Of a DNA stretch of 64,000 nucleotides, positions 1 to 13,067 are shown piece by piece. This DNA is from Raillietiella orientalis (lineage: Eukaryota): the NCBI GenBank assembly GCA_036172245.1, contig JAYWIR010000015.1, forward strand, positions 4,030,001 through 4,094,000, in the 5' to 3' direction. Position numbers and translations under genes: made by a program. The notes beneath the pieces are model-generated. The model was not told where the DNA came from, made no database searches, and worked only from the letters and a program-made list of their open reading frames with translations. Position 1 is the first letter of the stretch. Every line of letters starts with the position of its first letter.

Positions 1-2000
1 CTGCTGTCCGGCGCGCCTTGATCATGTGTGGGCTCCCATTCCGGGATTGTGGTCGGGGGCGCTTCTCCAGAGTCCTCGCTCTAGAGCGTTTCACCAGTTC
101 ACATAGAGGCGGTCATCTTCGCATATACTCGTGAGTCGGGAACTCTCTTCTCGGAAGGGGACGAGAGGAAGCACACCGGAAATGACCACCGGCACGCAGG
201 TTGACTTTCAAGGAAGGAAGTCAGGAGAGGAAGACGGGAGGGCGGGGACAGGGGTCTCTGGCGTGAGCTGCTCCGTGACCAATTCTTAAAAGCAGGACGC
301 CGAGTGCTGGCGGTCTCCGTGGAGACTTACTGCTTCAAGTGGGACCACCTCGCAGACGTCCTATAAGGGAGGCCGCCACGCTGGTGGTGGCTCCTTCCGC
401 CGCGCCCAAGACTCCAGCACATGGAGCGGATGCAGCAGCGTCTAGGTAGGACCCTGCAGCCGCGTGTCCTCCGCTCCACTCGCGAAGGGATCGAGGAATA
501 AGAAGAAAAAAAAAGGGATTCCCACTTGCGTAGACGTTCGTTTTTTCTGCTCAAGGCATTGCGCAAGGAGTGTATCCTGGGCGAGGAAGGACGCTGAGAC
601 GGGATCGCTGCTACTTGAAAACTTCACCTACTCAGATGTTCATATCGCCCTCCTCACGCGAAGCATCCGAGGGTTTGGAGACGTTGCGTACAACAGTCGG
701 TGCGGCTTCCGACATCCATTTTCACGGTGCTCGGTTGGTGTCTTCCACGCAGGCTGTCAGGGCACCTCAGGCACTATCCACCGAGGTTTCTCTGGATGTC
801 TTGTGCTCCGAGCTCGTCCGGGATCCACAGTTTTTCCACGAATCGAGCGATCCGCCTCACCTCCTCCCCACGCGCTACATCCACCTGGACCTGCCCCTTT
901 CTCTTTGACTCTTCCTCCGATCCCTTGGCTTCCTTTCCTTCCGGGAATACGTGCGTCTCCGGAAAATCCGAAAGAGGGTCTCTTCCAGAGTCGTGTGTTC
1001 GGGGAGTGACTCCAGACTCTCAGTGGCCTCTCCTTGCTTCTCAAAGCAAGAGGGGATGCCTCCAGCTCCGAAGAGGAGCTGGCGGCACCCCTTCCCGCCG
1101 CTGCTCATGGGAGCCACCACCCAGATCTTCTCGTTAGGAGCGTAGCATTTCCGCCTTTCCGTTCCCTCAACGGTTTGCTCCACCGTCTGTCAGACCTCTC
1201 ACCCGGAGCCGGCGGGGAGCTGCGTCTTGATGTGCTGCGGGAGGAGGAGGCATGTCCCGGCTGCCCCTCCTCCTTATTCGGGAAGAGCAGATAGGCAGCG
1301 AGACTCGGGAAGGAATTGCAAATGAAGCCAGAACTCCCATTGAGAAACAGCGGTGAAAGAAGAGGGTGGGGAGGAGGAGGAGGAAAACTCGTGCCAAAGT
1401 CCGCGGCGATAATTCAAATTTCCAGTGAGAGATAAAACGGGCAGGGATGCAAATCTTGCACGCCCGCAGATAAAGGGATGAGTTTTCCCGAAGAAACTTT
1501 CCCGTGAACCGAATCGTGGGATGCTGCGCAAGAGTCTGAATGGCGACAGTTTTGTTCGAACGGTAAGGGCGTGTTGAAGATGCAATAAAACGATTATTGG
1601 GATAACTTGTTGGTCGAGATGCCGCTGACATGAGCCGGCGTTCCCAAGGTCACATGGAGGCTTTTCCGATCCCGCTGGCTCCGTGAGGTGCATTTTCATG
1701 GGAGTCTCTGTCAGGCATCCCTGCTCATCAGATTGCTTATCGATTATGTAAATCTGTTTCCTGGATCTCCTGGTTCCTTTATATCTTTTTGCGCTGCTCC
1801 AATCCCCTTGGAACTCTGACTCTGTACGAAGAATAGCGGCAGCTATGGCAACCGTTATATTTTTCCTCGGTTCTGTCGCCCTCTTAGAGACTTGCATCGA
1901 AAATCCTGGTTCGTTTCCGAACAGGTGCCCGGTGCCGAGTTGCATCTTCGTGCCGCTCTGCAAGATCGGAGGTGCCGGAAAGTTCCGATCCCTACAGAAG
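1..2000 (-). mobile_element. Decayed L1/Tx1-clade LINE 5' part (possible ORF1 relic plus APE endonuclease), cut by the window edge
   Basis: Minus-strand frames over ~660 to 1 give FLAQDTLL (LQET), RGCRVL (GVAIL), GGHFRC (GDFN) and LWR..HNP..HT*S in the expected order, with stops and frameshifts. The ORF1 assignment for 700-2000 is weak. Confidence 0.55.
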
Positions 2001-2449
2001 GAGGAGAAAGGAGGAAATCACGGTGCTGGAGAAACCGTCCTTAGCGACCCAGAAAAGGAGTTTTTCCTTCCTTTTCCATTTCCTTTCAAGGATGAATGAG
2101 GAAGCGACGACTTCGGCACCTTCGCATCTCGACCGCTGTGTCAAGCGATGGATTCTCTCGTTCGCTCCCGTTTACTCCCCGAAGCCATTCACTTTTCAAG
2201 GGAAGCGGATATTCAGGTTAGGGATCTCCTCCTACGGAACTTTGGAAGCTCAAGAAGGAGGCGAAGCTCGGAAGTGCATCGAAGCGTTCCATCAACAGGG
2301 AGACTGCATATCTCCAGACGAAACCTGATGACAAGAAATGGATGTCCACTGCTCGGCCTGGAATCTTAAAACTCGACTGTGATATGCAGGACGAGGAATT
2401 CTCCCGGTTGCCATGTGAATGGATGGGAGCTCGTCCATCAAACCGTGAC

Positions 2450-2960
2450 TGTCCAGTGAAACCTCCGCTGAGAAACCCAGGTCCCTGAGAGTCCACTGAG
2501 AACTTCTTGGGCTTCACGATTTTTTCTGGCAAAAGATGTCTTGCCGCAACTTCGGCCACATCGTCAGTCGGCATTTTAATTTTCGACGGTCACGAACCCC
2601 ATTCTGGAGGGAGAGAACGTGAACTTCTCCCGTCCTTCTCGCTCCGCAGACCTCGCAGGATCGGGATGGGAACAGAGGAACCGTTTGTTCTCATCAGCAG
2701 AGATGATGAGAACAAACGGGCATCTTCCTGCGCTAAGCGGAGGGCGCATCGTCTCTGCATTGAGGCGCATTTCGTGGGCACGGGATCAAAAGGGAATCTG
2801 ATGGCCCGTTTTCGAAAGCTACTGGTTGCCCCCTCCCCGAAGGGAGCTTTATCCTCTGTCCGTTCTCATCGATTCCAGTCGTCCCGTTCGGTCTCTCCTA
2901 CTTTATGCATCTTTGGGATGAGACAGATCGATGACGGTGCGGAGAGAACCCTGAGTCTGA
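2450..2960 (-). mobile_element. Gypsy-type LTR retrotransposon integrase relic
   Basis: In order on the minus strand: GRLESMRTDRG (core TD.G), LNAETMRPPLSAGRCPFVLI (YN..H.TG.SPF-like) and KPKKFSVDSQGP (GPY/F-like motif). Heavily disrupted. Confidence 0.45.
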
Positions 2961-4929
2961 CTTGACAGACTCCTTTATCAATTTGATTACCTCGGTTCAG
3001 CAGATGCTAAGTCAGATCATATTCATCCTGCTGTGACGATCAAAGTTCTTGGGAAGCGACCTTCAAAATCCCTAACTGTCGACCGCAGCAAACTGACTGC
3101 TCATTCTCCAGCGGACTGACTTACGAGCCCACTTTTGCTACTTCGTTTGGAAAGAGAGAGCACACAGGGCTTCTGCTTCCGTAGAAGGCTTGCTTTGATC
3201 CTGGAAACGGAAGAAGAGGAGCATGTTTCATCGCCAGGATCAGCATATTCGAGCTCATCAACTCGAGACCAGGGCAGAGCAATCACTTTCGCAAACAGCT
3301 CGAAGTCGTGACTTTTTATCAGTCTGCTCCCTCAGTGGTCGTCGCCCAGCCCTCCTCCCCCTTCCACTCCACTCCTCGATCTGGTACCGAGAGAAAAAGG
3401 AGCGCCTTCCAAAGTCGGTCTTCTGAGCCTAATCCATCTTTCGTGCCATGCGATGTTGGTGCGCTCCGTCACCTCAGCAGGTCCATCGGGTTTGGATTTT
3501 CTGCGAGTGTCTCTCACTGATCTCGGGAACCCTAGCTGGACCGTTGCCACAGCCTTTCCGCTAACTAAGCTTTCCTCACGCACTTGGAAAACACCCTTCT
3601 GCAGGCAAGGCGTGCTCCGTCACCCTACAAGAAGCGACGGCGGTTCCTAGGGAGTGGGAGGGAGACTTTGCTCTTTTCTTGGTTCCCTCTTCTCACTCCA
3701 TCCCCGTAGCACGGAGTTCGGAATCAGCCGTCTATAGTTCATCAACAGACGCATTCTTGTTTCTTGTTCTTATCTCGTCCCCTCGGCATGTTAGTCAACA
3801 TAATTCAAGGAAGGCAAGAAAAGGTAAACACCTCCCACAAACACCAAATTGCAATCTCGGTCCTTGCGCGCCCAAAACCCTTCACGAATGTGTGCCCAAG
3901 AGCGTCCTCCAATATGAGTCCTTCATTCTATGCAGCACCGAAAACGAACCCAAACAGAATTCCCTGTTAGAAATAATCGCAAGAGTGTGAGGGAGAGAAG
4001 TCCGGGAAAATGCGTTTCTGCAAGCCGAGCATCCCAAGCACTCACGGGGTGTGTGACCGTGACCTGACAGCGCACACTGCGGATATCGGATCTCAGTGTA
4101 CCCAACACTCGAAGATAGGGAATGGATTTTTGCGTCTCCCGCAAGAAGAGTCAAAGAACGCAGAGATGGGCGCGATCGAAGCCCTGCTGCTTCTGACTCG
4201 AATCCCCAAAACAGAGATTGCCAGAGCACAACCTTGAGAACCTAGGAAAGAATAAGAGCCTCCCTAACAAATAATTTTTTCAGCAAGTAAAAACGAGCGC
4301 AATGAGCAGCAGACCTCAGGCGATAACGAGGTGAACTGTTTGAGACGTCACCACGGATCGGTGACATGGATCGGGAGAAGTGGCCGTGCAGTCAAACACA
4401 CAGGACCAATATGCACGTGGACATGAGCAGACAAAGAAAACTTCACAGTTCACAGGAATGTTTTCTAAAAAAATTCCGAGAGGGATACTTTTGGCGCTGT
4501 GGCTGGCAATTACGTGCTTCCGTGTAAGCCTCTTATCGTTTGCTTGAATTCTGAGGGGTTCGTTCCTTCCTCTCCGTTTTTTTTTTCGGTCAGCCGCGAG
4601 TAAACGCCCCTTGTTCGAGGTAGAATTCCCTTGGCTCCAACTTCCATCTCAGAGAAAAGTCTCCCGGAACCCAGCAAAAACCTCTATCCTCCTCTGAGAC
4701 GAACCTTTGAGCTACAAAGTAGCTGGAGATTGCTTGTGAGCTTTCTGCGAAGGCGCATAAGGACGGGTGCTTCCCCAAAGGTTCCTGGAATTCTCTCCCT
4801 CGGAAATTCCGGCTCAGTCGCTCCCTTCCGTCAGCGAACCGAGTGGAAACATCAATGGTGCTCCTCATAAACTTTCGGAAACTGGCTCTGCGAAAGTGCG
4901 AATGCTGCAGATATCAAGTAGACGAGATT

Positions 4930-5218
4930 CCCTGTCCCCCGAAAATGAAGCACATCGGAAATTTGAAAAAGGGAGAAAGCTAACGACTGAAACCCATGAG
5001 CTCTCCCAGTGGCGGAAAAGGTGACTTTCCCAATATGGCACCGAAGAGCTGCGACGAAACCCACTCAAGACCATAGATTTGCCGGAGACCGGGAAAGTGT
5101 AGCGCTCTTTGTATGCAGCAACGGAGATCAGTTTTGCAAAGCAGAAGAGATTCTCTACAAAGAGATCAGGCAGTGGCTTTTTGATCACCTTGTTTTTGTC
5201 ATTTTCAAAAAAAATTGA
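4930..5218 (+). mobile_element. Possible hAT transposase C-terminal dimerization-domain relic
   Basis: ELSQWRK / KVTFPIW ... EILYKEIRQWLFDHLVFVIFKKN* loosely resembles 'L.WWK...FP.L ... R..L....L.FLK.N'. Frameshifted. Confidence 0.3.
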
Positions 5219-8200
5219 AATTTCGAGCGTAGCAACTATCTGCTCCCAGTAAATGCCCTGCATTTTTACGAAACGTTCAGTCCTCTTTGCGTGCGACGGT
5301 ACCGAAACTGAGACCTGACCATCATTCCTTCTTGGTATCCATCTTCTTGGATTACCTTTCTCTTGTCATGCTAGTTGAGAGAGCATGCAACAGAGGAACG
5401 CATCTGGGGGACTCTGTGAGCATTCTTAGATTCAGGAAAGTCAGGTTTCGGAAGAGCAAGGAAGCAATTTGGGCAGCTTGGATGCCAGGATAAATCACGC
5501 ATCTGCTTCTCGACATACAAAGTTTCCACATGATGAAAACCGTAGTGGTGAGGAGAATACAAAGGTCGAATTAGTAAAGGGCCATTCAGCATCAGGAAAA
5601 CTCATCTGAGGACGGAACAGGCCTATATGACTTCCAAATATGTTCCTGAATCCTGAAAGGAAAAGAACAATTCGTTTAGTGATTAAGAAACAGACGGAAG
5701 CTGCTGACTTTCGAACATACTAGGAAGAGTGCTGTTTCGAAGGAGTTCAGGTCCAGTTTCACGAGGGAAGGCTCAAGATATGAAGCATCTTTCGAGGATG
5801 GTTTTTTTTTCCGTCTCACGTGTCGCAGGATTGCAGATAACGTGTATAGGCCGAAAGATGAGGGCAACACAGGAAGTGTCATGTGACTCCAGGGTTAAGA
5901 ATTTCGCCCCGCATGTTCTCTGTCACTCGAGGAACGTTTAGGCACTCGCTCAAAGGAATGCAATGGTTCCCCGAATCAGAGCCAGTCTTCCTCCCACTTC
6001 GTCCTCTACCGGCATTCAGTAACGCATTTGTAAGTCCAAATTGACCCTAAAGCGAAAAGCGTTCTGTCGAGGTTTCGATTTTTCTTCGTTGTGCGCACTC
6101 AACAACAATTTGGTCTCTTTTGCTGTCCTAAGGCAGCAGCTGTGTCATTTTCACTGTTCAGTCGCCGTGCTCTGTGATGGATGAAGTTTTCTGACCCGGA
6201 TGTGAAATAAAATTCTGGAAAGGTTTCCCTCAATTCTGCGTAGGCTTCATCTCGGGCAACTTTCAGAGCTTCAGAGGTACTGTTCTTCTCTTGTTTAGAG
6301 TCACTTTCACCCGGTGGCTCTTGCTACCGTCATCCCTGCCATTGATGCCGTTTCGTTCCTATTTGGAGATGAAGAAATGCTCTGTGACTCCTCATGCCGG
6401 TTCCTAGCGCTTCCTCGAGTTTCGAGTCATCATGCCGCTTTAATGCTTGCAAGAACAGGTCTTGTCCTATTTCTCTTCATCGCTCCTGAGGAGGGTTTCT
6501 GTGATCTCCAGAGACAGTATAATTTTTTCCCAGTTGCATAGAGGCCTATAAGATAATGAAAAAAAATATCTTTTTTTTTCTTTTTTTACCTTTTAAAGAA
6601 ATCCCAAGATGCAACTATCGTGTTCAGAATCTTCAATCTTAGACCGTTGCGAATACTCAAACTCCTTGAACCAACTGTGAAAACTGAGACCAACACCCAT
6701 CTTCCTGTGCCCGGCATCATAAATTTCGGGGGAAAGGAGAAGCGCAGCTTAGCTTGCCTTACTCCCGTGCTCGCTTCTACCTGCTTAATCATATCTGTTG
6801 ACACATGAGTTACGGAAGGGTGAGTGCCAGAGTGACAACCAAAAGGATGGCTGGTTCACCGAGCTCCCGTGTTCACCTGCTGATGCGGACAGGTTCCCTG
6901 GTTCCGCTTTCTATCAAGTGAAGGGTGCATGGCAAGTGAGCTGACTTCTTCCCGAAGAGCGGATGCCATTCAAGAAGGAAGGTGCCAACGAAGGAGCTCA
7001 TGGATGCATCTTGCTGTGAGGAGAGCACGTGCTGTTTCCTCAGAAGAAGATTTCCCCTTCCTAATGCAAACCAGGAAAGATTATTCCTGTTCATATCGAA
7101 GCGGAGCTGTCTGCTATGAATCTGGCATGATTGTTCGTTAGATGGACAACGATACCATCCATCTGGGTTCCTTGAGGTAATTCCCTTATCTCAGCAGTGC
7201 TTCGAGAAAAGAATCCCTCATTATTCTACAATAAAGAGAGAGTTCTTTGAATCTTTCCGATGGAAATTCTGGATCTACAGAAACAATGGTCTTGTAGGGG
7301 GATGACGGGAGAGTCCTCCAAAAAGCTCAAGATAAAAGTTCAGCAGAAGCAGAACAATTCGAATGGGCGATTGAGTGAAAATCTGTGTTATAGCTTCGAG
7401 CATCTGGCTAATTCAAGGGGATCCAAGGAACAGCCTATCAGGAGATTCCTCCTCACCTACCATCGTCTCTCACGGCGCTAGAGCTACACTGGTCAGCTGG
7501 CCTGATGCTTGTGCATTCACAGCATCACTGGATGCTTTCCGAACTCAGTTGCATGTGGCCAGCATCCGTCTCCCGAAGAACCCTCTTTCACTTGCTCTTT
7601 GCAGTGACTTTCCTTCAGCACAATCCTGTGAGCAATCCTTGTTTGGCTGAAGACGCAACATCTTTGCTGTCGTAGGCGATGGAGATCCTTCTATCCGGAA
7701 ATCCTATTTTATCATTTTCTTTGATGTAGTGCGATTATCACGAAAATCCTCCTAGTCTCTTCAGGTGTCTTCTTCTCCCTCGTCCTTCTTTCAACGTCGG
7801 TTCTTCTTCAAGGATGCAAGGAGGTTGTAGTCTCTTGGAATATTCTCCTCTATCTGACGCAACACCTTTGTACACTGACCAAAAGACTGATTCGAGATTT
7901 ACTGTGTTTATGGTTTGATATCGAAAACATGGCAGATCAAGGATTTTCCTCCCCTGTTAGACGAAAGGACCTGAAGCGTTGCACCAACGCAGCTCCCCGA
8001 ATTTCGGCTGGAACTCTTCCACTTTCTGGTGTTCACTTGCAAGGGTATGCAAGGATTCCTGGAAGCAGCAATTGTTCGTGGTTCCCAGTGTTTTGTGGAA
8101 TGTTTTTTCTTTTTCGAGCATTCTAGATAGAACCGTGTGCTCCATGGTTTTCTCAGTGTCCTTTTGAATCGGAAGTAAATAACGAGCAAGCATTTCTCGA

Positions 8201-9499
8201 GATTCCTCTCCTGGCTCGTGACCGGGTATGAAAATATGTAAGAAGCTGAGGGGAAACATCCTTCTCTCCTTCTTCTCCTTATGATTTCCAAACTTTTACT
8301 GTCACAGGTCCGTCGTCTTGCGGACCGCGGCGATGGATCGACGACAGTTGCGCAGCGCCCATTTCGAGCTCGTATACCATTTGGTCATCGCTTCTGTGCC
8401 CTACGGGATGAAATGGTCGGCCATTTTCCTCAAAAACCAACAAGCTCACTGCCGTCTGCGCTCCTCGGTTGGCGATCATAGTGAGCTCTTGTTGCAGTGT
8501 AGAGCAGACCAGAGGCTTCGGCGGCGACGCTCACGAAGCTGCCCGCAAGATTGCTGCAAACGATCCTTTCTGAGTGCATCCCCCCTTCAGACCTTTTTAG
8601 AGCTGGACCGCTGTCTGTATCCTTCCTCTTTTGTCTTCTCGTCTCTTTTCGTGATGCTCTTCTGAGCTTTATCAGCCTCCTTCACCGCCTTCTCGCCACC
8701 AGATTTGGAGGTCACCACGCCTTCATTTGCTTTGTAAGTGTACTGTTCACTAAGTGAAAGTAACATACACGATGCAACAACTGGAAACGCCAATGGCATC
8801 CATTATAATCCTCTACTCCCACTCGGTATCCTCGATCACATATCAATAGCTTCCAACACCTCCCTCATTCGGATGTCTTGCTTCTATTTTTTCAAGCGGC
8901 CATTGCTTTAGCCTGAGCACTCACAATCGTATTCTTGCACGTTACAGCTTCGAAAAAGGACATCTAACATTGGGAAAACCCGAGGATCTTTTTTTTTGCT
9001 GTTTTCGCACAATTCGCGCCGGTCCCGAGGTGTGCTCTGCTCTTCTCTTTGAGTCTGTGCCACCCCCTTTCTAATTATTTTTTTCGTAAATTTGTTTTTG
9101 TTCTTCAGTCTGCGGAAGATTTCGCTTTCTGCCTTGGATACTTCTTTCTCCTTGATTCCGAACTCACATCTCCACTACGTGATGCTTTCCGTTTGCTGCT
9201 TCCAGTTTTGGTACGTTGGTCCAACGGGGCATTTGCACTTTCTGGAAGTTCATCTTGAATCCCAGATAAGATCTCGTTCCCTGAGATTCCATTTGTTTCC
9301 AATTCTCTCATCCTTTCAGACCTTGATTTCATGAATCAATGATCCTGAATCCTGTACGAACTTTTTTAGGGCTGCTTTTCAGAAATCTTTTTCCTCTTTC
9401 TTGCCCCAGTTTCGTGCTCCTAGTCCTGTGCCAATCGTGCAAAATCAATTTTTCCAAAATTCAATTATGACATGTGTAAGATTTGGTGTTTCATGCCAT

Positions 9500-10230
9500 T
9501 CGTTTCGTTTCCCACTTCGTTCGAACTGATCTGTCCTGGAGGAAAGTTTCCGTTTCGGGTGTGGGGAATATTTTGGAGTTTTTATAAAAATTATTTGGTC
9601 GCACTTGATCTCCATGCTGAGGTCATGCATCCGTTCACTGTGTGGTTGTTTCGTCCTTCCATTCCAGAAATCTCTCTTACATAGAGAGAACTCGGTCTAC
9701 AAAATATCACGTACTGCCATCCAGGTATTTTCTTCCTTTTTCCCCCCTGCTGCCTGACCGCAATGAGGAACATGAGTAAATATAATGTGCCATCATGGTA
9801 ATCTTCCATTGGGATCCTTCGAAACCCCTCAATGACCTCATCATTCTCAAATCTTTGCCTACCAATGGTAGTCATACGCTTCGTGGAAGGAAATCTATCT
9901 ATCATCATTCGTCTCGTGTAAAACTAGCATCACACCAACGGCGTCTTCCGGGTTTTATGTTCTGGTAGGATGAACAGTGGACAGCCTTTTGAATATCTCC
10001 GTTGCTGTTTCTTTCCTTTTCCGTTTCCCGTACTTATGGTACGGGAAAGTGTAGTTGCATTCTGTCAGTAACACCACGATGCCTGCCGGTGATTTCGTCC
10101 ATGTGTCGCGGGTCAATTTCGGCACGGACCGACCTACATACAGATTTTGATGCTCCTGCTTTTTGGTGCTCCCACATATTTTGTGTCCCAGAGTGATTCT
10201 ACTGCTTTTCGGAGTTCTGAATAAGATCAA
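9500..10230 (-). mobile_element. Possible Gypsy pol (RT end/RNase H) relic
   Basis: ITLGHKI ... VPK ... GIV ... EIFKRL, then ERMHDLSMEIKCDQIIFI, resemble 'FLGH.I ... AF..LK' and 'R..RW...L.E....I.Y'. Very degenerate. Confidence 0.35.
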
Positions 10231-13022
10231 AGTGATTCTATTGACAATTTGGCGTCAATTTTTTAGATTTTCCCAAGTATTCCCAGTTAGCTTGCCTCGG
10301 GCATCAGGCACTTAGTGACAGTGTTTTGTTTGTCGTGGTCTTTGCTAGGGCACTGGATAGCATGCTTGACAACTGGCGAAAATTCCTGAAACTGCATTTT
10401 TGCAGAGCACAGAAATCACGCATAAGACTCTGCATTTCACTTGTCGATGGTCTTCTGGACAGAGGAAAAGAGGTGAAAAAATGTATGGACTGACCGCATC
10501 GTGCTGGACTTTTTAAAATGGAAATGATGCCTTTGCGACGTGTGATCGTAAATTGGTGATTACCTTAATTATTTAATCAAGCTATTCGCTTATGATTTTA
10601 AGGAATGGAGAAGGTGAAGTTCGGATTTTGGTTTTTCTAACGTGCTCTGTATGCTGTTTCCATTTTTGTTCTCATCGATCCTTTAGCCTTCAGTGGATGA
10701 TAACATTTCGCGCTTCATGCTTATGACCACTAAACAGTTTCGATGTGAAAGAGGAGTTTATAGTGCTTGCTTCTATTACTTCTCGACAAAAGATAACAAA
10801 GAAATTGGTCGTATCTTTTAGAATACAGAATTTCTAAGGTTGTGACCATACAAGACGATTCTTTCCCACGAACAAAAGGAACTGTGAGTGAGTTTGTTTT
10901 CATGCTTTTGTAAAACACAGCTCTTCTCACAGGTGCAGAATTAGCTGAGTGCTGCCACCGCAAACATTTCTGAATTTTTCGTTAATCAATTATTTCCATT
11001 TCCGACTATCATTTGTCAACAACAAATTGGCACTGACCAGGAGTCAGTTGGTGAATTTGATGATAAAGTTTATCTGTGCTCGACTTCAACTTGCAGCCAA
11101 AGGATAAACTAGGATGTGCACTCCTTAAATTAGAAAGGACTCTTTTGCTTCTGCGACTTCAAGGGGTTTTGGAATCCCGAATCCTCAAGCTAGAACTTCC
11201 ACATCATGGAGCAATAGGATGAATCACTTTTTGCGGATGGAGATTAGCATGTTCATTATCTTCGTGTGCTTTGATGGCATTCCAGCTTCGTCACTCATCT
11301 CAAGCACGGGTTTCCTCAGTCATGCACCTTGGCTGTCTTTGTCTTAGTCTTTGATCCCTTCTTTCTAATCAAATTCTCAAGTTTCACTTTTGGTTGAGAA
11401 AATAGGCAAAAGTTTCCGTTCAATTTCAATTTCGAAATCACCTTCTAGTCCGAAGGAATTCATTGCGAGGAATTCTTCGACGCTGGAAAAGAAAAAAAGA
11501 CATAGGGACATTACTAGATCGAAGAAAAAGCATCAGCCTTCTAAACATTTGATTACTCCCAAAATATGAAATTGTGTTTTTCATCAAATTCTTCATTTTG
11601 CATTTCTTCTGCCCTGCGCGCCGTAAAACGTTGCTCATAGATTAAAAGGATGCGGCGTATCCCAGTGCAATTTTCAAATAGTTCAGCTACGTCGTGGTTT
11701 TATCCGTTTTCTAAATAAAATCGCTCACCCTGAATTTCATTACAAATTCCTGCCCTTACGTTAGCAGCAGTCTTCTATCACCCGACTTCCGGTCAAAGAG
11801 AACACCAGCACGAGCCATCTTCTTGTTTGTTCTCTCGTGAGTAGGATTTCTGGTTTCCTGACAGTCTTCACAGGATTTCACTCTTTGTTCTTTCCGGAAG
11901 CAACTTGGGTTTTGTGCAGAAAAGTTTTAGACAGGAGTGAAGAAATCATCAACTTGATGGAGACAATGTATCACGAGGTGAACAGCAAGTTCGGATGATG
12001 TCTTCTTAATCTGACCAGCAATTAATGCATGCCTCGCCTGGGACTTCGTCAAACAGCTGAAAACTCTTTGAAAGTTCGAAGAGAGTCGACTTAAGGGCAT
12101 GATTGCTAAACATAATTATCAGGACAGCTTATCGAATCCACTAGATTCGTCACCAAATGCTCCACCATTTCTTAAATTTTGGCTGCTAAGCACTCATCAG
12201 CAGAGGCTTCCGTCGGAAGTTCGCTTCTCATCCAGTTATTAGTTTCAAATCCATGCGTCCTCTTTGATTTTGCATTTGATATTCTGCTCTGCCTTCCGGA
12301 TTTATTGTTTTTTTTGCTTTGGCTTCAATTTTCTTTCCTGGATAGCTTTCTGCTTCCTTCCTGAAACTCCGAGTTCAGAGTCGCTTAGGGAGGGAGGCAA
12401 ACAGCAATTCAAAAACGGAAAAGCTTATGGCTTCCGCCATTTCCAATGATGGGTAATGAGCTCGTTGAAATGATAAGTGCTCGGTGTCTAAAAGGACTGC
12501 TGTGTATAGGGAAATGCGAGGTTTTTCTCGTCGGAGCAGTCTGGCTATGAAAACGAAACCGAAGGTCTTCCTTCGAAGCAGGAGTGAGGCACGAGCCGCG
12601 TATGCATGCAAACGTTGCGCAGCCTCCTCCATCTTCGATCCTCGGGACCGCTTGTCTCGGTGACTCTTTGACATCATCGAATGCATACTTCCTTAAAAGA
12701 AACAACTGCTGCGATAGGGACGTCCACACAAATAAATAATAAGCATGCCAAATGAGTCCGACTTCCACTTCGGCCGGTGAACCGCTTCGACCAGAGAGAT
12801 TAACTTCGGAGATGGCGAAGAGAGATAAATAAATATTTTTACGCGCGTGGGTGCTAAGAAAGCGATCGCAAGCAATTTCCGCAGTCTTCTGTACCCTATG
12901 AAGGGGTGGGCTCGTTCCTCCATACCTTGGCAGGTCACGATGGAGACAGCGTCCCTGTAGCTCCGTCTGTAGCTGGTGCTTCGTGCCGCGAGTATTTAGC
13001 CCCAATAAATTGCTAGCTGTGA

Positions 13023-13067
13023 GCCTCCTTCGAGGCTGTGGGTACTGCCCACAGCCTCGAAGAAGGC
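13023..13067. repeat. 20-bp inverted repeat (one mismatch, 5-nt loop)
   Basis: gcctccttcgaggctgtggg-tactg-cccacagcctcgaagaaggc. Confidence 0.95.

Noticed and set aside
7140..12455. Candidate first (signal-peptide) exons for the Dpr gene near 7175, 8733 and 12452
   Set aside because: Their donor phases or peptides do not fit the phase-1 acceptor at 15194, so none is supportable without transcript data.
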